64,000 nt of DNA from Octopus sinensis (taxonomy: Eukaryota): NCBI RefSeq assembly GCF_006345805.1, contig NC_042998.1:79980001-80044000 (forward strand), read 5' to 3'. Both the position numbers and the translations under genes were made by a program. Of this stretch, positions 26,041-40,258 are shown piece by piece (positions within the stretch are counted from its first letter, which is position 1; each line of letters begins with the position of its first letter). A model generated the notes under the pieces. That model worked only from the letters and a program-made list of their open reading frames with translations, made no database searches and had not been told where the DNA came from.

Positions 26041-26339
26041 CCCACAACCTCTTGCTTTTGTTTTTATAAAGATATATTGTTTTCTTTTTACATGCCACCC
26101 CCATCCATAACATATTTCTTTATCATGTCACAGTGTCTTTCTATGAAGCATTAATGTAGTGCGACTGAATTGTCAGTGTGACATGTGATTTTACTTGGAA
26201 CTCTTTCCTTTTGCTTTGTTCTTTGTCCATTCAGGAATTCTTTCATTCTTCTACTCCTTTTAGTCACTGGACTGTGGCCATGTGGCAAGACATCTGGAGT
26301 ACAATCTTCAAGAGAGGTTATCAATTATTTCAATATCAT

Positions 26340-26800
26340 GCCTTTAAGCAACTTAGGTCTGGTTATGAAATTGGGAGTGGCAAGCCATGCAGAGGTATTG
26401 TGCCATGCCATCATACAGTTCTTTGTTCAAACCCACAGAATGGCACCTAGGGTAAGTGGCTTCTGTCATACCTTCAGGTAACCTAGGTCTTGTTATAAAA
26501 TTAGGAGTGCCAAACCATACTGGAGTGTTGTCAATCATATCAACCTCTTGTGTGTAAGGGCTTTTCTTTGCAATCACATAAGTTTGTGTTCAAACCCTCC
26601 GTATGGTTCCTTGGATATATGTCTTCTATTATAGCCTTGGGTAATCCAAGTCTTGTTATAAAATTGGGAGTAGCAAACCATACAGGGTGTTGTTATATCA
26701 ATGTCTTGTGTGTAAGGGCTTTGCTTTATAATCACAAAATTCTGTGTACAAACCCACTGCATGGCACCTTGGGTATGTGTCTTCTATCATAACTCCAGGC
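26340..26800 (+). repeat. Degenerate tandem array (~3 units of 135-160 bp) built from SINE-head-like sequence
   Basis: Repeated GTCTTGTTATAAAATTGGGAGT..CAAACCATAC...GTTCAAACCC...CCTTGGG.A..TGTCTTCTA. Confidence 0.65.
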
Positions 26801-29387
26801 ACTCAGGCCATGTAAGAAAGTTTGAGTTAAGTATGTCAAGCTGCAGTTTCTGTCCTATTTTATTCCATCAACCTTAGAAATTCAATGCTATCAGTACAAA
26901 AGTCATTATTATTTAACTGATACTTATTTCTTCAGCTCCAGAATGAGGAAAGGCAAAGCTGACAAAGTGGGATTTGAAGTTAGAATAGAAAGGGATATAA
27001 CAGTCACACTATTTTGATTGACACTGTACTGACTGTGCTATCCATAGCCTTATACTGAGGAATTGGTTCTTTTTCTATACAAAGAAGGAAAAACTGTGTA
27101 ATCAAATAAGTGATGAAAACGCTGGATAAAGGAAAGATAAAACTATTTGCCTAAAATATCCAAGCACTTTACATATATCTTGCGAACATTATTCAATACA
27201 ACAGGAAAAAGAATAATGTTTTCAAGACTATCAAAAAATGATTCCATCATATTGATAAAATTGGTTTTCTACAAAGCTCTACTGTTATGCCATAAAAATG
27301 GCATTTATGGTGGTATGTTCAGATGTGTTTTTAACATTTTATTACTGTTTAAGAGAGGTGGGTGGAAAAGGAAGCAGAGGGGAAGAGGAGGTGGTGTATA
27401 CAGACAAGTGACAGTGCCTGTAAATGTTGCAGGCCTTCCAGACTGGTATGGCTGACATAATCGTTATTTAGTTTGTGCTTCTACACATTGATTCCTGTTG
27501 AGGAGTGGGGTAAACATGGATAAGGACAAGGTTCCAGGTGGATGGTAGAAATGATGGTGGAAGGAAGGATTGGGTTAAAAATGCTCAATATGAGTTTTAG
27601 GATGTCATACTCAAGAACAAGTAAGTACAATGGGTAGGTAGAAAGAAGTAGCATGTAGCTTGTTAATTCAAAGAAGTAGGAGCCATTCTAATAATGAGAG
27701 AGAGAGAGAGAGAGAGAAAGAATGAGAGAGGGAGGGAGAGAGAGGGAGGGAGAGAGAGGGAGGGAGGAGAGAGAGAGAGGGAGGGAGAGAGAGAGAGGGA
27801 GAGAGAGAGAGGGAGGGAAGAATATAGTGTAGATATGCATTTGTAGTATGTTGGTGAATCTTTTGCAACTAGTTGACTTTTCAGCATCCATAGCATTTGC
27901 ACCTTTCCCCAGGGTATTAGCAATCCAGGTGAAAGTAAAGTGCTCACTGGTAGTTGGAGTTTGGTCAGAAATTTAATGTCCAAGAAGGTGAATTTTAGTG
28001 TGGAATTAAGAAGGTGATATATGAAGTATGGCTGCAGGAGAAAGCTGATTTGTGTATAATGTGAAGAGAAAAAGATTTCTGAGTGCAGATAGAAGAAAAT
28101 GGATATACTAAAACAATGTAATTATATAATAAAAAGCAATTTAGAGATGGAATTCTGAAAAAGAAGCAAAAAAAAAAACAAAAAAAAGTCGAGGGGAGGT
28201 GGTGTGATTATGTCAGCAGGCTAAGTGATTTTGTTTTTGTTGTTAAATTATTGTTATTCCATCAGTCTGAGAATATATGACTGAAGAATATTTCTTAAAA
28301 GAAAAATAGAACAAGACAGGGTGATGGGGAGGAAGTAAGAGAGCAAAGGAGAGACAAAGAGAAAGCAAGAGAGAGAAATAGAGTGAGGATGTGTTTGATT
28401 GCATGTGTGTGTGTATGTGTGTGTGAGCGTGGATGTGTGTGAAGATAAATAGAAGGAATGTGGGTAGGAGAATGTGGGTAGCGAGTTAATTCACTAGTTG
28501 AGGCCTGTTATAGTAGAGTTAGGAGGGGGTAGAAAGTAAAAGGATAAAAAAACAGTAAGCCAATTAGTTGTTTTCCAACATCTCTGGCATTCATGCCTTT
28601 CCCAAAGGTATTAACCATGTCAGTGAAATAAAATGACCACTGGCAATTGAAATTAGGTCAGGAACTTTAATGTCCAATGCCTTAAACATTCCATTTAAAA
28701 TAACCTCAGTCAGAGACTTGGAAAATAACAATTTAAATCATTTTTTGTCTCTTAATTTCTGAGTCCCCCCCCCCTTGATATTTCCAAGTAGATGGTTCTA
28801 ACATTATGACCTTTTTGATAATACCTTCAAGAAAAACTGGTTTATTTCATCTTTAAGAATAACAAAAGTGGTAGGGTATAGATATTTGTTGTGGCCAGAC
28901 AAACAACACCATAGTGGGGGGGGGGGAGACTGGGGTGGTGGCAGTCCAACAACAACAACAAAAATACAAATGAAGAGCAAATAAAAGAAAACTGGCTGGC
29001 TAAAAGAGCATGAAGAAAAATGAGTTTAACCTTTACAAAGCCAGCCAAACAGTAAGGACTGGGGTAATGAAGTACAAGATTAATGACTGGGGAAGCTGAG
29101 AAAGGAGTGTGGGGGTGGGGTGCTTATAGAAAAATAGAATTCTTCAGAACCCATATTAACTAATCATAACTGTGATTACCAAAAGACGTGTGTGTGTTTG
29201 TGTATGTGTAAGTGTGTAGGTATGAAAGAATATGTAATATGTGGTGCATGTAAGTATGTGATTATGTATGTACATGTATGCGTCTGTGTGTGCAGTTATG
29301 AAACTATGTCAAGATGTGTGTATGTGTATGTAATATATATATGTATACACACACACACATATATACACATATATATACATATACATG

Positions 29388-29421
<34 letters not shown>

Positions 29422-29448
29422 CACACACACATGAACGTATGTACACAT

Positions 29449-29495
<47 letters not shown>

Positions 29496-29507
29496 TACAT
29501 ACATACA

Positions 29508-29543
<36 letters not shown>

Positions 29544-32015
29544 TATATAGGGTAAATGCGTAGGTAGGTAAATTTATATGTAATATGTGGTGCCTGTAAG
29601 TATATGTGGTGGTGTGTGTGGTTAAGAAACTATGCAAAAATATGCGATGTTTGTGTGTATATGGGTAAATATGTAGATATGAGAGTATATATTATGTGTG
29701 CTGCACATAAGAATATGTGATTGTGTGTGTGTGCATGCATTCATATGTATGTATGTATGTTGAAGAACAGGAGTAATGCTATTGGTGGAAATAAAACAAC
29801 AGAGCATAGAAAAATGTGAATTTTTCCTGAGGAGGTGGCCCACCACGCTTTTAAGCCCCTTTACCCATTCACCTAGATTAAGGGCACTGGGACACTCAGC
29901 TTTGAGGAGTGTTTTTTTGTTTTTGTTTTATTGAAAGATTGGGTTACAGATTAAAACATTTCCAATACTGCTGAAACAATTGTTTTGCAGCTGGATACCA
30001 GTTTCTTTTATGAGGCACTTCAAGTTCGGTGGGCCCCAGGAGGGTAGAGATACCAACATTTAAAAGACATGGATTTTTAAAATTCTTCTTTTAAAACTGC
30101 TTCCCTTCATTGTTTTGCAATGCATGAAAAAAAAAAGGGAAACCCCAACAAAAATGGGGAAATTCAAACAGCTATTTCTGAAAGTCTGCTTTTCCACTTT
30201 CCAGTAAGAGTAAGTGGGGCACAACGAGTAATATTTACTGCATTTTTTGACTTTGAAGAAAATATAATTTTTACAAATGTTCACTACCTTGCCAAAACTA
30301 TATTGGTGAAGTAAAGACCTCCTCTAAATTCAGTAAAACCTATAACATATTCAGAACACTATTTCAGAAAATTATCACTGTTGTTTTTGAGCAAATTTAG
30401 ACAAATTTAGGCGGGGCAAAATGGGTAAGGCAAGACAAGGCAAATATACCTTTTCAGTTCTCCAGAATTAAATTTGAAAAAAGAGAGTCGTACACATAAA
30501 CATCCATCCTTAGACATCAGAAAGATCAGAAATGCAACAAAATTTTAAATATCTTGGTCAAATGAAAAAGGATTATGGAAAAATAGCACATAGTATAAAA
30601 CTAATGAAACTCAACTAAATCTAAAGACTCAACATAAATTATTCTTTATAGTTTCTTCGCCAAAAATTATACAGCTGTTTCAGTTATATTAGGGTCAAAT
30701 TTGAGGACAAATTTCTTGAAAACAATACCCGTCATCTAGGTTTCAAACTCTCAACTTCAACAGCAATTATGTAAACTATATTGACCAAATTTTACTCCCG
30801 TCCATGAACCCTATACTGATCAAATTTTACTTCCAAAGATGATGCAATGGTACAAAATGAGAGAAAATAACAAGAAATCAGAAATTATTCATTTTGACCC
30901 AGTTACCAATTTTGACCCACTTCCATGCAGTAATTTCAAGTGATTGACAGAATGACGAAAAATATATGAAAAAAAAAGAAAGAAAAACGGTTTGATTTAA
31001 TAAAACAATTGTTTATATATGCAATAATTCTAAAGCTGAAAAAGAATGCTTTTAGTTGTTGAGAGATGTTATTTTATAATTAAAACTAAATTCAAAAGTT
31101 TCCTTTATTTACTTGCTTCATTAAATAAGACCATTTTTCTTTCAATGACTCACTGAAATAAGTTTAGAAGCAGAAATGTGTGTGTGTTGGCTGGAAGTGG
31201 TAAGCCAGAGAGCTGGATCAGGCTCCAGTTTGTTTTGGCTTGGTTTCTACAGCTGGATGCACTTGCTAATACCAACCAATCCATAGAGTGTACTTGGTGC
31301 CTTTTATGTGTCATTGGCAAGATTATTTTAATTTGTAAATGAAGCTAAGTTTGTGAAATGTAAGAAGTCTATCAGGACATTTTGGCTTAATGTCTCATGT
31401 TGTGAAATATCAGGGCCCACTCAAAATACAAGAATTCTGGTTCTCTTCTTCCTGACACACAAACTTATCTTATTTTACAAATTGAACTGTCTTATTTTAT
31501 TTATTTATTTTGCCAAGAGTGACCATTGCTGATGAAGATTGGTCATAGATACTAAGTCAAAAATATGAAATATACAAGTGAGATGTGGCCCTCTGGCCCA
31601 CCTAAGTGAGTAGTAACTTCAAAACTCCAAGTATGTGCTGATTCCAATTGGGTTAACCCATCCAACCCAAGTCAGCATAAAAAGCAGATGATGATGATGA
31701 GAAGGAGGAGGAGGAAAAGGATGATGATGAATATAATTGGTCAGTTGAAACAATTTGCACCCCTTACTAACAATGGCTTAAAAACAAAAAAAATATTATT
31801 CTAAAGCCATAATACATAAAAGACATTGCTGGTTTCAAGTGTGAAACTGAAGATGTGACTGAAGAAGTAACTAACAGGTGTTATTGTCAGAACTGAGAAA
31901 CAATAGGATCCAAAGACCCAGTATTTAGCAATGCAACAGTGCTAATAATATATATTTATGCATGATACATAGAGAGAAATAAATATAGTTAGATAGATCA
32001 GTGGAGAGAGAGAGG

Positions 32016-32073
<58 letters not shown>

Positions 32074-32461
32074 CTAGATAGATCGATAGGTATATGTATT
32101 GATGGATAGAAGGCAAGAAATGCTTCAGTTGGTGGGAAAAAAAACTTTTCTGTCCTCACCACCACCAACCTGCCACCCACCACTCTATTGCAAAAGATGT
32201 TGGTGTGTAAGGCTGTGGGATGGGATGTGGGGTGACAGCATTCTTCTTTCAAAGTTTTTTTTTTTCCTTTCTTCTCTCTTATTCTAATACCTCTGTCTTC
32301 CCCTTCACATTTATTCCTTTCATTTGCACATGTGAAGCAGGTATTGCAATAGAGTATTTCCAAAGATCTAATTGCAGATGCATAAATGTAATTTCTGTTA
32401 ATTGACAGCAGAACTGCTGCAGGGGAAATGGAATGGAGATACGAGTGCACCAGCATTATAT

Positions 32462-32535
32462 AGACATTACACACATCGCTGAGACATTACACACATCTCT
32501 GAGATGTTACACACATCACACAGATGTTACACACA
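32462..32535. repeat. 20-bp tandem repeat (AGACATTACACACATCNCTG), about 4 units
   Basis: Directly visible. Confidence 0.8.
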
Positions 32536-35500
32536 TAGCAATAAACATAAGCCTTACACACAAAAGAACAAACTGATCTGATGTGTTGTTATAACAGAAA
32601 AGAGAGACTACTGATGCTGTAAATGGTAAAAATGATGCTGGTAGTAGTAATAGTGATGGTAGTGGTAGTAGCAAAAGTTTGTTTTTTTTTGTCATAGGTG
32701 GTGTTGCTACTATAAATGATTATACTTTTGTAGTCGCTATTGTTGCTGCTGTTGTTGAACAACTGTTAGGTCTGCTTATATAAAACTAGTGTCACAGAGT
32801 TAGTAAATTGAAGATTCTACCAGTGTTTCTAACTCTGATTATGCCGCTATCCTGTTGAACTTGGGCATTCAATTTTAAGATTTGAGACTGAAAGAATATT
32901 CCTTATTTAACAAATTTTAGTTACATGCTTATCTTGAAATTGTTTCATTAACCTTTACTGCTGCACAGGGAGCCAAGTATATGCACTTGAGACACAAGAG
33001 ATAAGTTAACACATCTTTAAATGTTGAAGCATTTTCTGGAATTCTCTAAATTTCACAACTTGGAAAGTCAATTTCAGCTAATTTTGACAAATTAATAATA
33101 TCTGCATGTTAGTATGCAAAAGTTTAATTAGCACTGAGAGGGTCAAGTTGTTGGCGATGATAGTAGTGAAGATGATAACAAGACAATTTGTTAATTTACC
33201 TTACATCCAGATTGGTTTGCTGACATTAGAAATAATTATAAAAATGCAAAGCAAAGCAACATAAGCAAACCTTTAAAAAAAAGTAAAACATCCTTAATCT
33301 GATTTATATGAAATAAAACCTCTACTACCTCTACAACTGCTCTCCACTACAAGTCACTCATCCAGCTTAATATCTATTTTAAAGAATAAAATAAAATGCT
33401 TTCTCTTCTTCAGAACAATTCTTTGTTCGTTTTTTTTGACATCTAATTTTCAAAAAGTTTAATCTATCTGACTCAGTATTTCTTTAACTGCTTCTAGTGC
33501 ACTACAATTTTCCCTGCAGCACACATCAGACCATTTGACACATATTTTATTGCGTAAAACTGTTACCCAAATTACATATTGCACCCTAGGATATAAAATA
33601 AATTTTATATATATATATATATATAGTAAGAGAAAGAGAGGTACTAAAATAATGTTGTGATTTTCAAGGTTTTTATAGTAAGATTAAATGTACATTCATA
33701 TATAGAACTTTTAGTCTGTCCATTCTTTATAAAAAAAAAAAAAACGAGAGAAAGATCAAATCTGAAAGAAAAAAAAGCAAAGCTACAGTGAGTATTAAAA
33801 CAAACTAGTTGCTGCATAGTTAAAGTGGTTATAACTACACACGGTTGGGTGTGATGGCCACATGGATATGGAAAAGCATGTTACAGTATGGGCCATATTT
33901 ATAGTATGACCCAGATATTTCCATGTAGCATCAATGCTGCTTAGACCCACTAAAGGAAGAAATACTGTTGAAGGTGCTGAAATCCTTGTGGTTTCAACAC
34001 AACAGATGATGATAGGAGTGTCTTACAGAGCAAGATTTATGTAAAATATCAAATAGTCATTGCTCATGCTCTCTCTCTCTCTCTCCCCACTCTGCCATTT
34101 TCTCTATCATTCATGAGGGTTCTTAGGCCTGGCAAGTTACAAGGCAACTTCACTCATGCTAGTGCTACAAAAAGGTACCCAGTACACTTTGTAATGTAGT
34201 TGGTGAATCAAGCAGAGACAACAGACTGCTGAGCAGTCATGAAAAACGGTTTTCATGAAAAGATGTACCCAATAAACTCTATAAAGTGGTTACTAATAAG
34301 AAGGGTATCCAGCTGTAGAAACCACACCAAAACCAAGACACCGGAACAAGAGATCCTCCTGATTTGTTGCATTCTACAAAATCATCCAACCCATACCAGC
34401 ATGGAAAGCAGATTGAAAATGATGATGATGATGAAGCAGTTGTTAACCTGAGGCTACAGAAGATAACACTTGCCCAAAGTGCTGTGCAGAGGGATCAAAC
34501 ATGCAACCAGGGGAGCAAACTTCTTAACCACATGGGTGTGCTTGCACAATGCTTTGTGTAATAGGAGAATCCTGAACACCCCCATATAACTGAAGGTGGA
34601 CTAACCGATTACAATAAATCCTCTCTGTGGAAAGGTGTAGACTCAAAACGTAAAAGACTTTTTTCATTTTTCCTGAGCGTCAAACTAATACACTTGCTTG
34701 TTCATACACCTGTCTTTGTCATTTGCTTTTCTATAAATTTCAGCCACAATAAATAAGAAATGAGTGAACTGTCAGGGGTAGTTGACAGTGATAGTACGAT
34801 CATACTGGTTTACTGTGTTCGTTTAACAGTCGGTAGTTGAACGGTGAATACTGAGTATCACACCTATGTTTGAGTAATATGGTATGCATTCTGTGTTAAA
34901 CATTTATTTTCTGCAATAGGTTATTTTTAGATAACCACAACCAACTATTTATTTGTGTAATTTCATTTTACACCAGACATGTATACCCACATCATAACAT
35001 TTTGTTCACAGAAAGACTGGGTTTACTCTACAATATGTTTTCCATGGTCATTAAATTAAACATCTTTTTGGGAAATGGTCATCACAAAATATTTCTGAAA
35101 CACTGGACACTCAAAATCTGATTAACATTTGAATGTACACATAGGGAAAATGTAAAATTAGACAAATAAATCTCTTTTCAACAAATGACAAACTTTTACA
35201 CGTTTAGCAGAATCCACGAGTTGTAAATGGAGGCTTAATTACATAAAAAATTAAGGTTCATTTACATAAAATAGAGACATTTAGGATTCTGGGTGGAAAT
35301 ATTTAGACATAATGAGCATTAGGGTGATGTCATAAATCAAAGCTTCAAAAATATTTTTTAAAAAAATTAATAATTTCTTTTTTAAAAGTACAAAGAACAG
35401 TTAATATTGATCTCCACGAGGGTGGAGATTTTAAAAAAAAAATAAATAATAATAAAAATTTTTATGTAAACAATTTTACCAAATATTCCATTTCTATACC

Positions 35501-35910
35501 ATGGTCTGGTAAAAGATGGTTATCAAAACAGTATAAAACGGGTTGTTTTTGTTTTTTATATTTTATATTACTATTACAGATTTCTCTCTGGATTGATAGA
35601 TGGGTGGATGGACAGATAAATACATACAAACATGGCAGTGTAACGTTTTATTAGTTTTGGTTTGAGATTAGTAAATACATCCAAGAATCAGTTCTATTCT
35701 ATTTATTTGTGTGTGTGTGTGTGTGTGTGTGTGTGGTTGGGGGCAGAGCTGGTCTGGGTATAGTCTAAAGTACTTTTGTGTGCCTTCCTAGTTTTATGAG
35801 AGGAGTGTGATTCATGATCAGTATAAAATGTTATAGGTTAATAATTGAAGGAAAACAGATTAGGGTATCAAGTAGGATATAGTTGTTGGGATAGAAAAGA
35901 TTGAAAATAA

Positions 35911-36139
35911 GGCAGCGAGCTGGCAGAAACATTAGGACGCCAGGCGAAATGCTTAGCGGTATTTCGTCTGCCACTACGTTCTAAGTTCAAATTCGCCGAG
36001 GTCGACTTTGTCTTTCATCCTTTCAGGGTCGATTAAATAAGTACCAGTTATGCACTGGGGTCGATATAATCAACTTAATCCCTTTGTCTGTCCTTGTTTG
36101 TCCCCTGTGTGTGTAGCCCCTTGTGGGCAGTAAAGAAAT
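35911..36139 (+). mobile_element. Young family A SINE with TSD
   Basis: Same body as 2580-2812. Flanked by AAGATTGAAAATAA / AAGATTGGAAAATAA. Confidence 0.88.
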
Positions 36140-36586
36140 AAGATTGGAAAATAAGAGGGTGTTTAATTCATATTGGACACTTACTGAGTCAACCAAAAGC
36201 TTATGAATGAAGTTGGTGGATGGAAACTGAAAGAGGAGCACACACGCACAGACACACACACACACACGTGTGTGTGTGTGTCTCTCTTTGATGTCTCATG
36301 ACACTGCATGTTGGTTGAAAATGCGTGTCTTCATCAGACAACTGGTGCTATTCATTTTCAATCTTCCATGGAAACATGTTCAGTCAAGAGAATAGAATAT
36401 CTTGCTTGGAAGCAGGAGCAGGCTGGTCATAGGAATGGCATCCAGCTATAAAAAATCTGTCTCAACAAATTCCATCTGATCCATGCAAGCATGGATTAGT
36501 GGACATTAAAAGAATGATGATAATAATGATGATGGTGGTGATGATGATCAACATATGTCTGCACATGTATACATATATACACATGT

Positions 36587-36894
36587 GGAGGCGCAATGGC
36601 CCAGTGGTTAGGGCAGCGGACTCGCGGTCGCAGGATCGCGGTTTCGATTCCCAGACCGGGCGCTGTGAGTGTTTATTGAGCGAAAACACCTAAAAGCTCC
36701 ACAACGCTCCGGCAGGGGGGGGGGGTGATCCCTGCTGTACTCTTTCACCACTCGTTCTCCCACTCTTTCTTCTGTTGGCCTGCTTGCTTAGCCAGCGGGG
36801 TGGCGTCATTCGAATGCTAAAACAATGCGAACGCATTGTGACCAGCGATGTGTAACAACATCTGATGGTCTGGTCGGTCACGTGATCACGTGAT
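36587..36894 (+). mobile_element. Young family B tRNA-derived SINE
   Basis: tRNA-like head with A box TGGCCCAGTGG and B box GTTTCGATTC. CpG-rich. 3' tail (CACGTGAT)2. Confidence 0.9.
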
Positions 36895-37165
36895 ATACAC
36901 AAACCTATCAAAGTATTCCATTTATGACTATCATATTTTCAGACATTGTTTTAAGTTGATTACATTGACCCCAGTATGCAATTGGTACTTATTTTATGAA
37001 ACCTAAAAAGATGAAAGGCAAAGTCAACTTTGACAGAATTTGAACTCAGAATATGAAGACAGACAAAATGCTGCAAAGCATTTCTTCTTCTTCTTCTTCG
37101 CCGCCGCCTGCCCGCCCACCCGTCCGTCCGTCTGTCCATCCATCCATCCATCCATCCATCTTTAA

Positions 37166-37377
37166 CCCTTTAGTATTTAAACTAGCCATATCTACCCCAA
37201 AACTCTCTATATGTTTTATGTTCAAACTGGCTTCTCACACCTACCTAACAATGCTACTGTAAACATTAAGCAGTCACCTCACTGGAATCTCTAAGCTTCA
37301 AGATAATGTATGATTAAATCAAAACAATGTAAATAAATAAGCAATATATTTGACAGAGTAATATGAACACGAAAAGG
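37166..37377. mobile_element. piggyBac-type TTAA MITE (same family as 62599-62819, opposite orientation)
   Basis: TTAA|CCCTTTAGTATT ... AACACGAAAAGG|TTAA. Confidence 0.7.
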
Positions 37378-39869
37378 TTAATGTCCATGCTCCCTGCTGT
37401 CATGGGTTGGATGGTTTGACAGCATTTGATGGGTCCAAGGACAATATTGTACTCCAATATCTGCTTTGGCATGGTTTCTACTGCTGGATACAATTCCTAA
37501 CACCAACCACTTTACAGCATGTACTGGGTACTTTTTTTTTCATGCAACCAACAAGAAATTTAAGAAAATTTAGAAACCCAGTTCAAAAACTTAGTGATGG
37601 TTTAAGTCTAAATAGGAAAATGCTTGATAGAGGCCAATCAGTTGTTGTCTCTGATCAAACAAACCTATGATCAAAATATTCCAACCATAACTACTCCATC
37701 TTGTTTTCAGATTATGGAGCCAAACTACATTTTTCAATGTTTTCTTCCCTTTTTAAGACAATAAGATATGATTTGAAAGGAATTTAATTGTTATTTCTAG
37801 CAGGTTGAGTGACTGTGTAGAGGCTCCCTTGTTGGCTGGTTTAGAGGCCAGTTTGAGAGATTGGTGGTGTTAGCATTGGTTGTGACTTTTAGTGCTAGTC
37901 GCAGAAATAAATATGTAGCTTCTAGTTACTTTATATCTATGTTATCTATTTTGAATCAATTCAACCATTTTCTTTAGTATGGCACTAGCACTCATTGGTA
38001 ATTACCAAATTACCATTCTACTATCACACTTGATTTGATTAGTTTAGACTGTTCAATGGAAACAAAAGCAATTTGCTGGTTTCTTTATACTACTATGAAA
38101 ACCACACACACACACACACACACACACATGCAGAAATTTATTCAAATATTTCAGATTTTATATAGTTTTATTTTTTTAATTATTTTCCTATTTCAGAAAA
38201 TTAGTAGGAATTCAATAATAATTTCATAAAATCTACCAGTATAAAGTGAGAAGTAATTGTAGACTGGCAATAAATCCGATGCAAACAAAACATGAATGAA
38301 AGAGGTTTTATTTCATAATAAGATTATCTGGAATATCCTAAACTACAATATCTGACAAAATGACATTGGTGCTTAGACAAGGAAGCTTGTTTAACCAGAA
38401 GCCAGGAATTGAATTAACGACACGCTTGTTACAAGAGCAACGTAAGTGAACCATGAAATTACATGCATACAGAACCAACTAAACCATAAATGAATGAAAT
38501 ATCACACACCACCTCCACCACCTGTATCACATATGTACACGAGAGAGAAGAAAATATCAAATTAATAAAAAAAGGAAAAAAGAAAGCTATATAAAAACTG
38601 TTGTAGAACATACACAGCAACAACAAATGTGCTGAAAGAAAAGGCAAGTCTTGAGAGGATTACAATAAAACTCTGATTTCAACAGTTTTTGTTCATTATG
38701 AAGACTTAAAGGTGATAAGTTGAGGTCAAGCCAGACAACGGATGCCATTTGCAGTTTGCTTGTTCACAAACTGAAAGAATGAAACAGGTTAGGTTGGTTA
38801 AGGATAGGAGGAGGGGCATGTTAATATTGAAGAAAGAGGACAAGGAGGAGGATGTAAAGCTGATCTGATTAACAATCATCAATAGTGATGCTTTAGAAGT
38901 TTTGATTCCACAATGAAGCCTCATCTTATTGCTACTGAAAAATGTGATGAGCACTTTTGGAATTACAGCTGAAATGATATTTTATATATTTGCAGGTATG
39001 TTCTTTCTCTCTCTCTCTCTCTCCCCACTCCCTCTGGTATAATGTGTAAGGAATTTTCTGTTCAGGAATACAATAATGGCAGCATCAATATTAGGTTTCT
39101 GGTGTTGTTAACCAAACTCATTTCTTCAAATGTTGAAGGAAACCAAAGTAAATAATGCCAGAAACTACAATAAGGATGAAGGCTGCTGCTGCTAATAATA
39201 ACATTAATGATAATAGTTGTAGTAGTAGTAGTAGTAGTAATAATAATCATTTTGGTGATGAGAGGCATGAATATTTATAAGGAACAATATTAAGCTTGTC
39301 ATATTTATGTCTTTCAGAAGGACATTAATGGCATATCTCAAGTGAACATGATTGGAAATGGAGCATAGCTCGGTGGGAACACATTTCAGCTCTACAATGT
39401 CCACAAAAAATCTCTTGCAAGCCATTCTTTTTCACATGGGCAGTGATACTGGCTGTGTGGTCAAAACATTTGCCCTGCATCTAGTTGGTTTCAATTCCCT
39501 TGTGTGGTAACCTTGGGAAAATATCTACTATAGCCTCAGGTCAATCGAAGCATTGTGAGCAAAATCCAGTCACTGGAAACTGTGCAGAAGTCTAACTTGT
39601 TGGGAAAAATACTCCTGCTCTAGGGTAGCAGAGTTAATCCTTTACCCAGTTAAACACTACCACTTGACTCAAGAGCTGCCATTAGTGGACTATACTCCGT
39701 TGCAAGTATTTGGGTTAAAATAAAACATATATGCACTATACAATCTTGGCTGAATGTGCATATATTTTAGACAAATTCCAAAATACCATTTTGGAGACAT
39801 TACTGGAAATAAATAGATTTCTTAAGTATTGAAACTTTACTTCTATAAGTTATTTCTAGAAAAAATGCC

Positions 39870-40258
39870 TAATGGTATCATGACAGAGTACCATAATCAG
39901 GTACAAGCTACAACAATGGTACAACAGTTAGATGGCCCCATGATAAGGTACAACAGTCAAATGGTACCATGATAAAGTACAACAGTTAGGTGGTACCATT
40001 ATAAGTTACAACAGTCAGGTGGTATCATCATAAAGTACAACAATCAGGTGGTACCATGTCAAGGAACAACAGTTGGGTGGTACCATTATAAGGTACAACA
40101 GCTGGGTGGTACCATGATAAAGTACAACAATCGGGTGGTACCATAAGGTATAACAATCAGGTGGTACCCTAATAAGGTACAACAGTTCAGTGGCACCATG
40201 ACAGACACAACAGTCAGATACCAGGACAAAGTACCAGCAAGGGCAAAAGTACAACAGG
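39870..40258. repeat. ~29-bp minisatellite (ACAACAGTCAGGTGGTACCATGATAAGGT), about 13 degenerate units
   Basis: Directly visible. Most units carry the palindrome TGGTACCA. Confidence 0.9.

Noticed and set aside
29856-30430. Possible DNA transposon bounded by TTACCCATT / AATGGGTAA
   Set aside because: The inverted match is too short and no target-site duplication was found.
31529-31560. Other CTGATGA motifs as hammerheads (also ~43172)
   Set aside because: No stem II followed by GAAA and a UH triplet.
31998-32474. 158-aa minus-strand ORF
   Set aside because: Begins in a 20-bp tandem repeat and ends in (CT)n. No recognisable domain.
33195-33230. Minus-strand ATG...AAG|gtaaat (MSANQSGCK) as a first exon
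   Set aside because: A phase 0 donor does not fit the phase 2 acceptor at 9547, and there is no other support.
36587-36665. tRNA gene
   Set aside because: The tRNA-like head continues into a SINE body that recurs at 4289-4586 and 43357-43659. Cloverleaf arms are imperfect.
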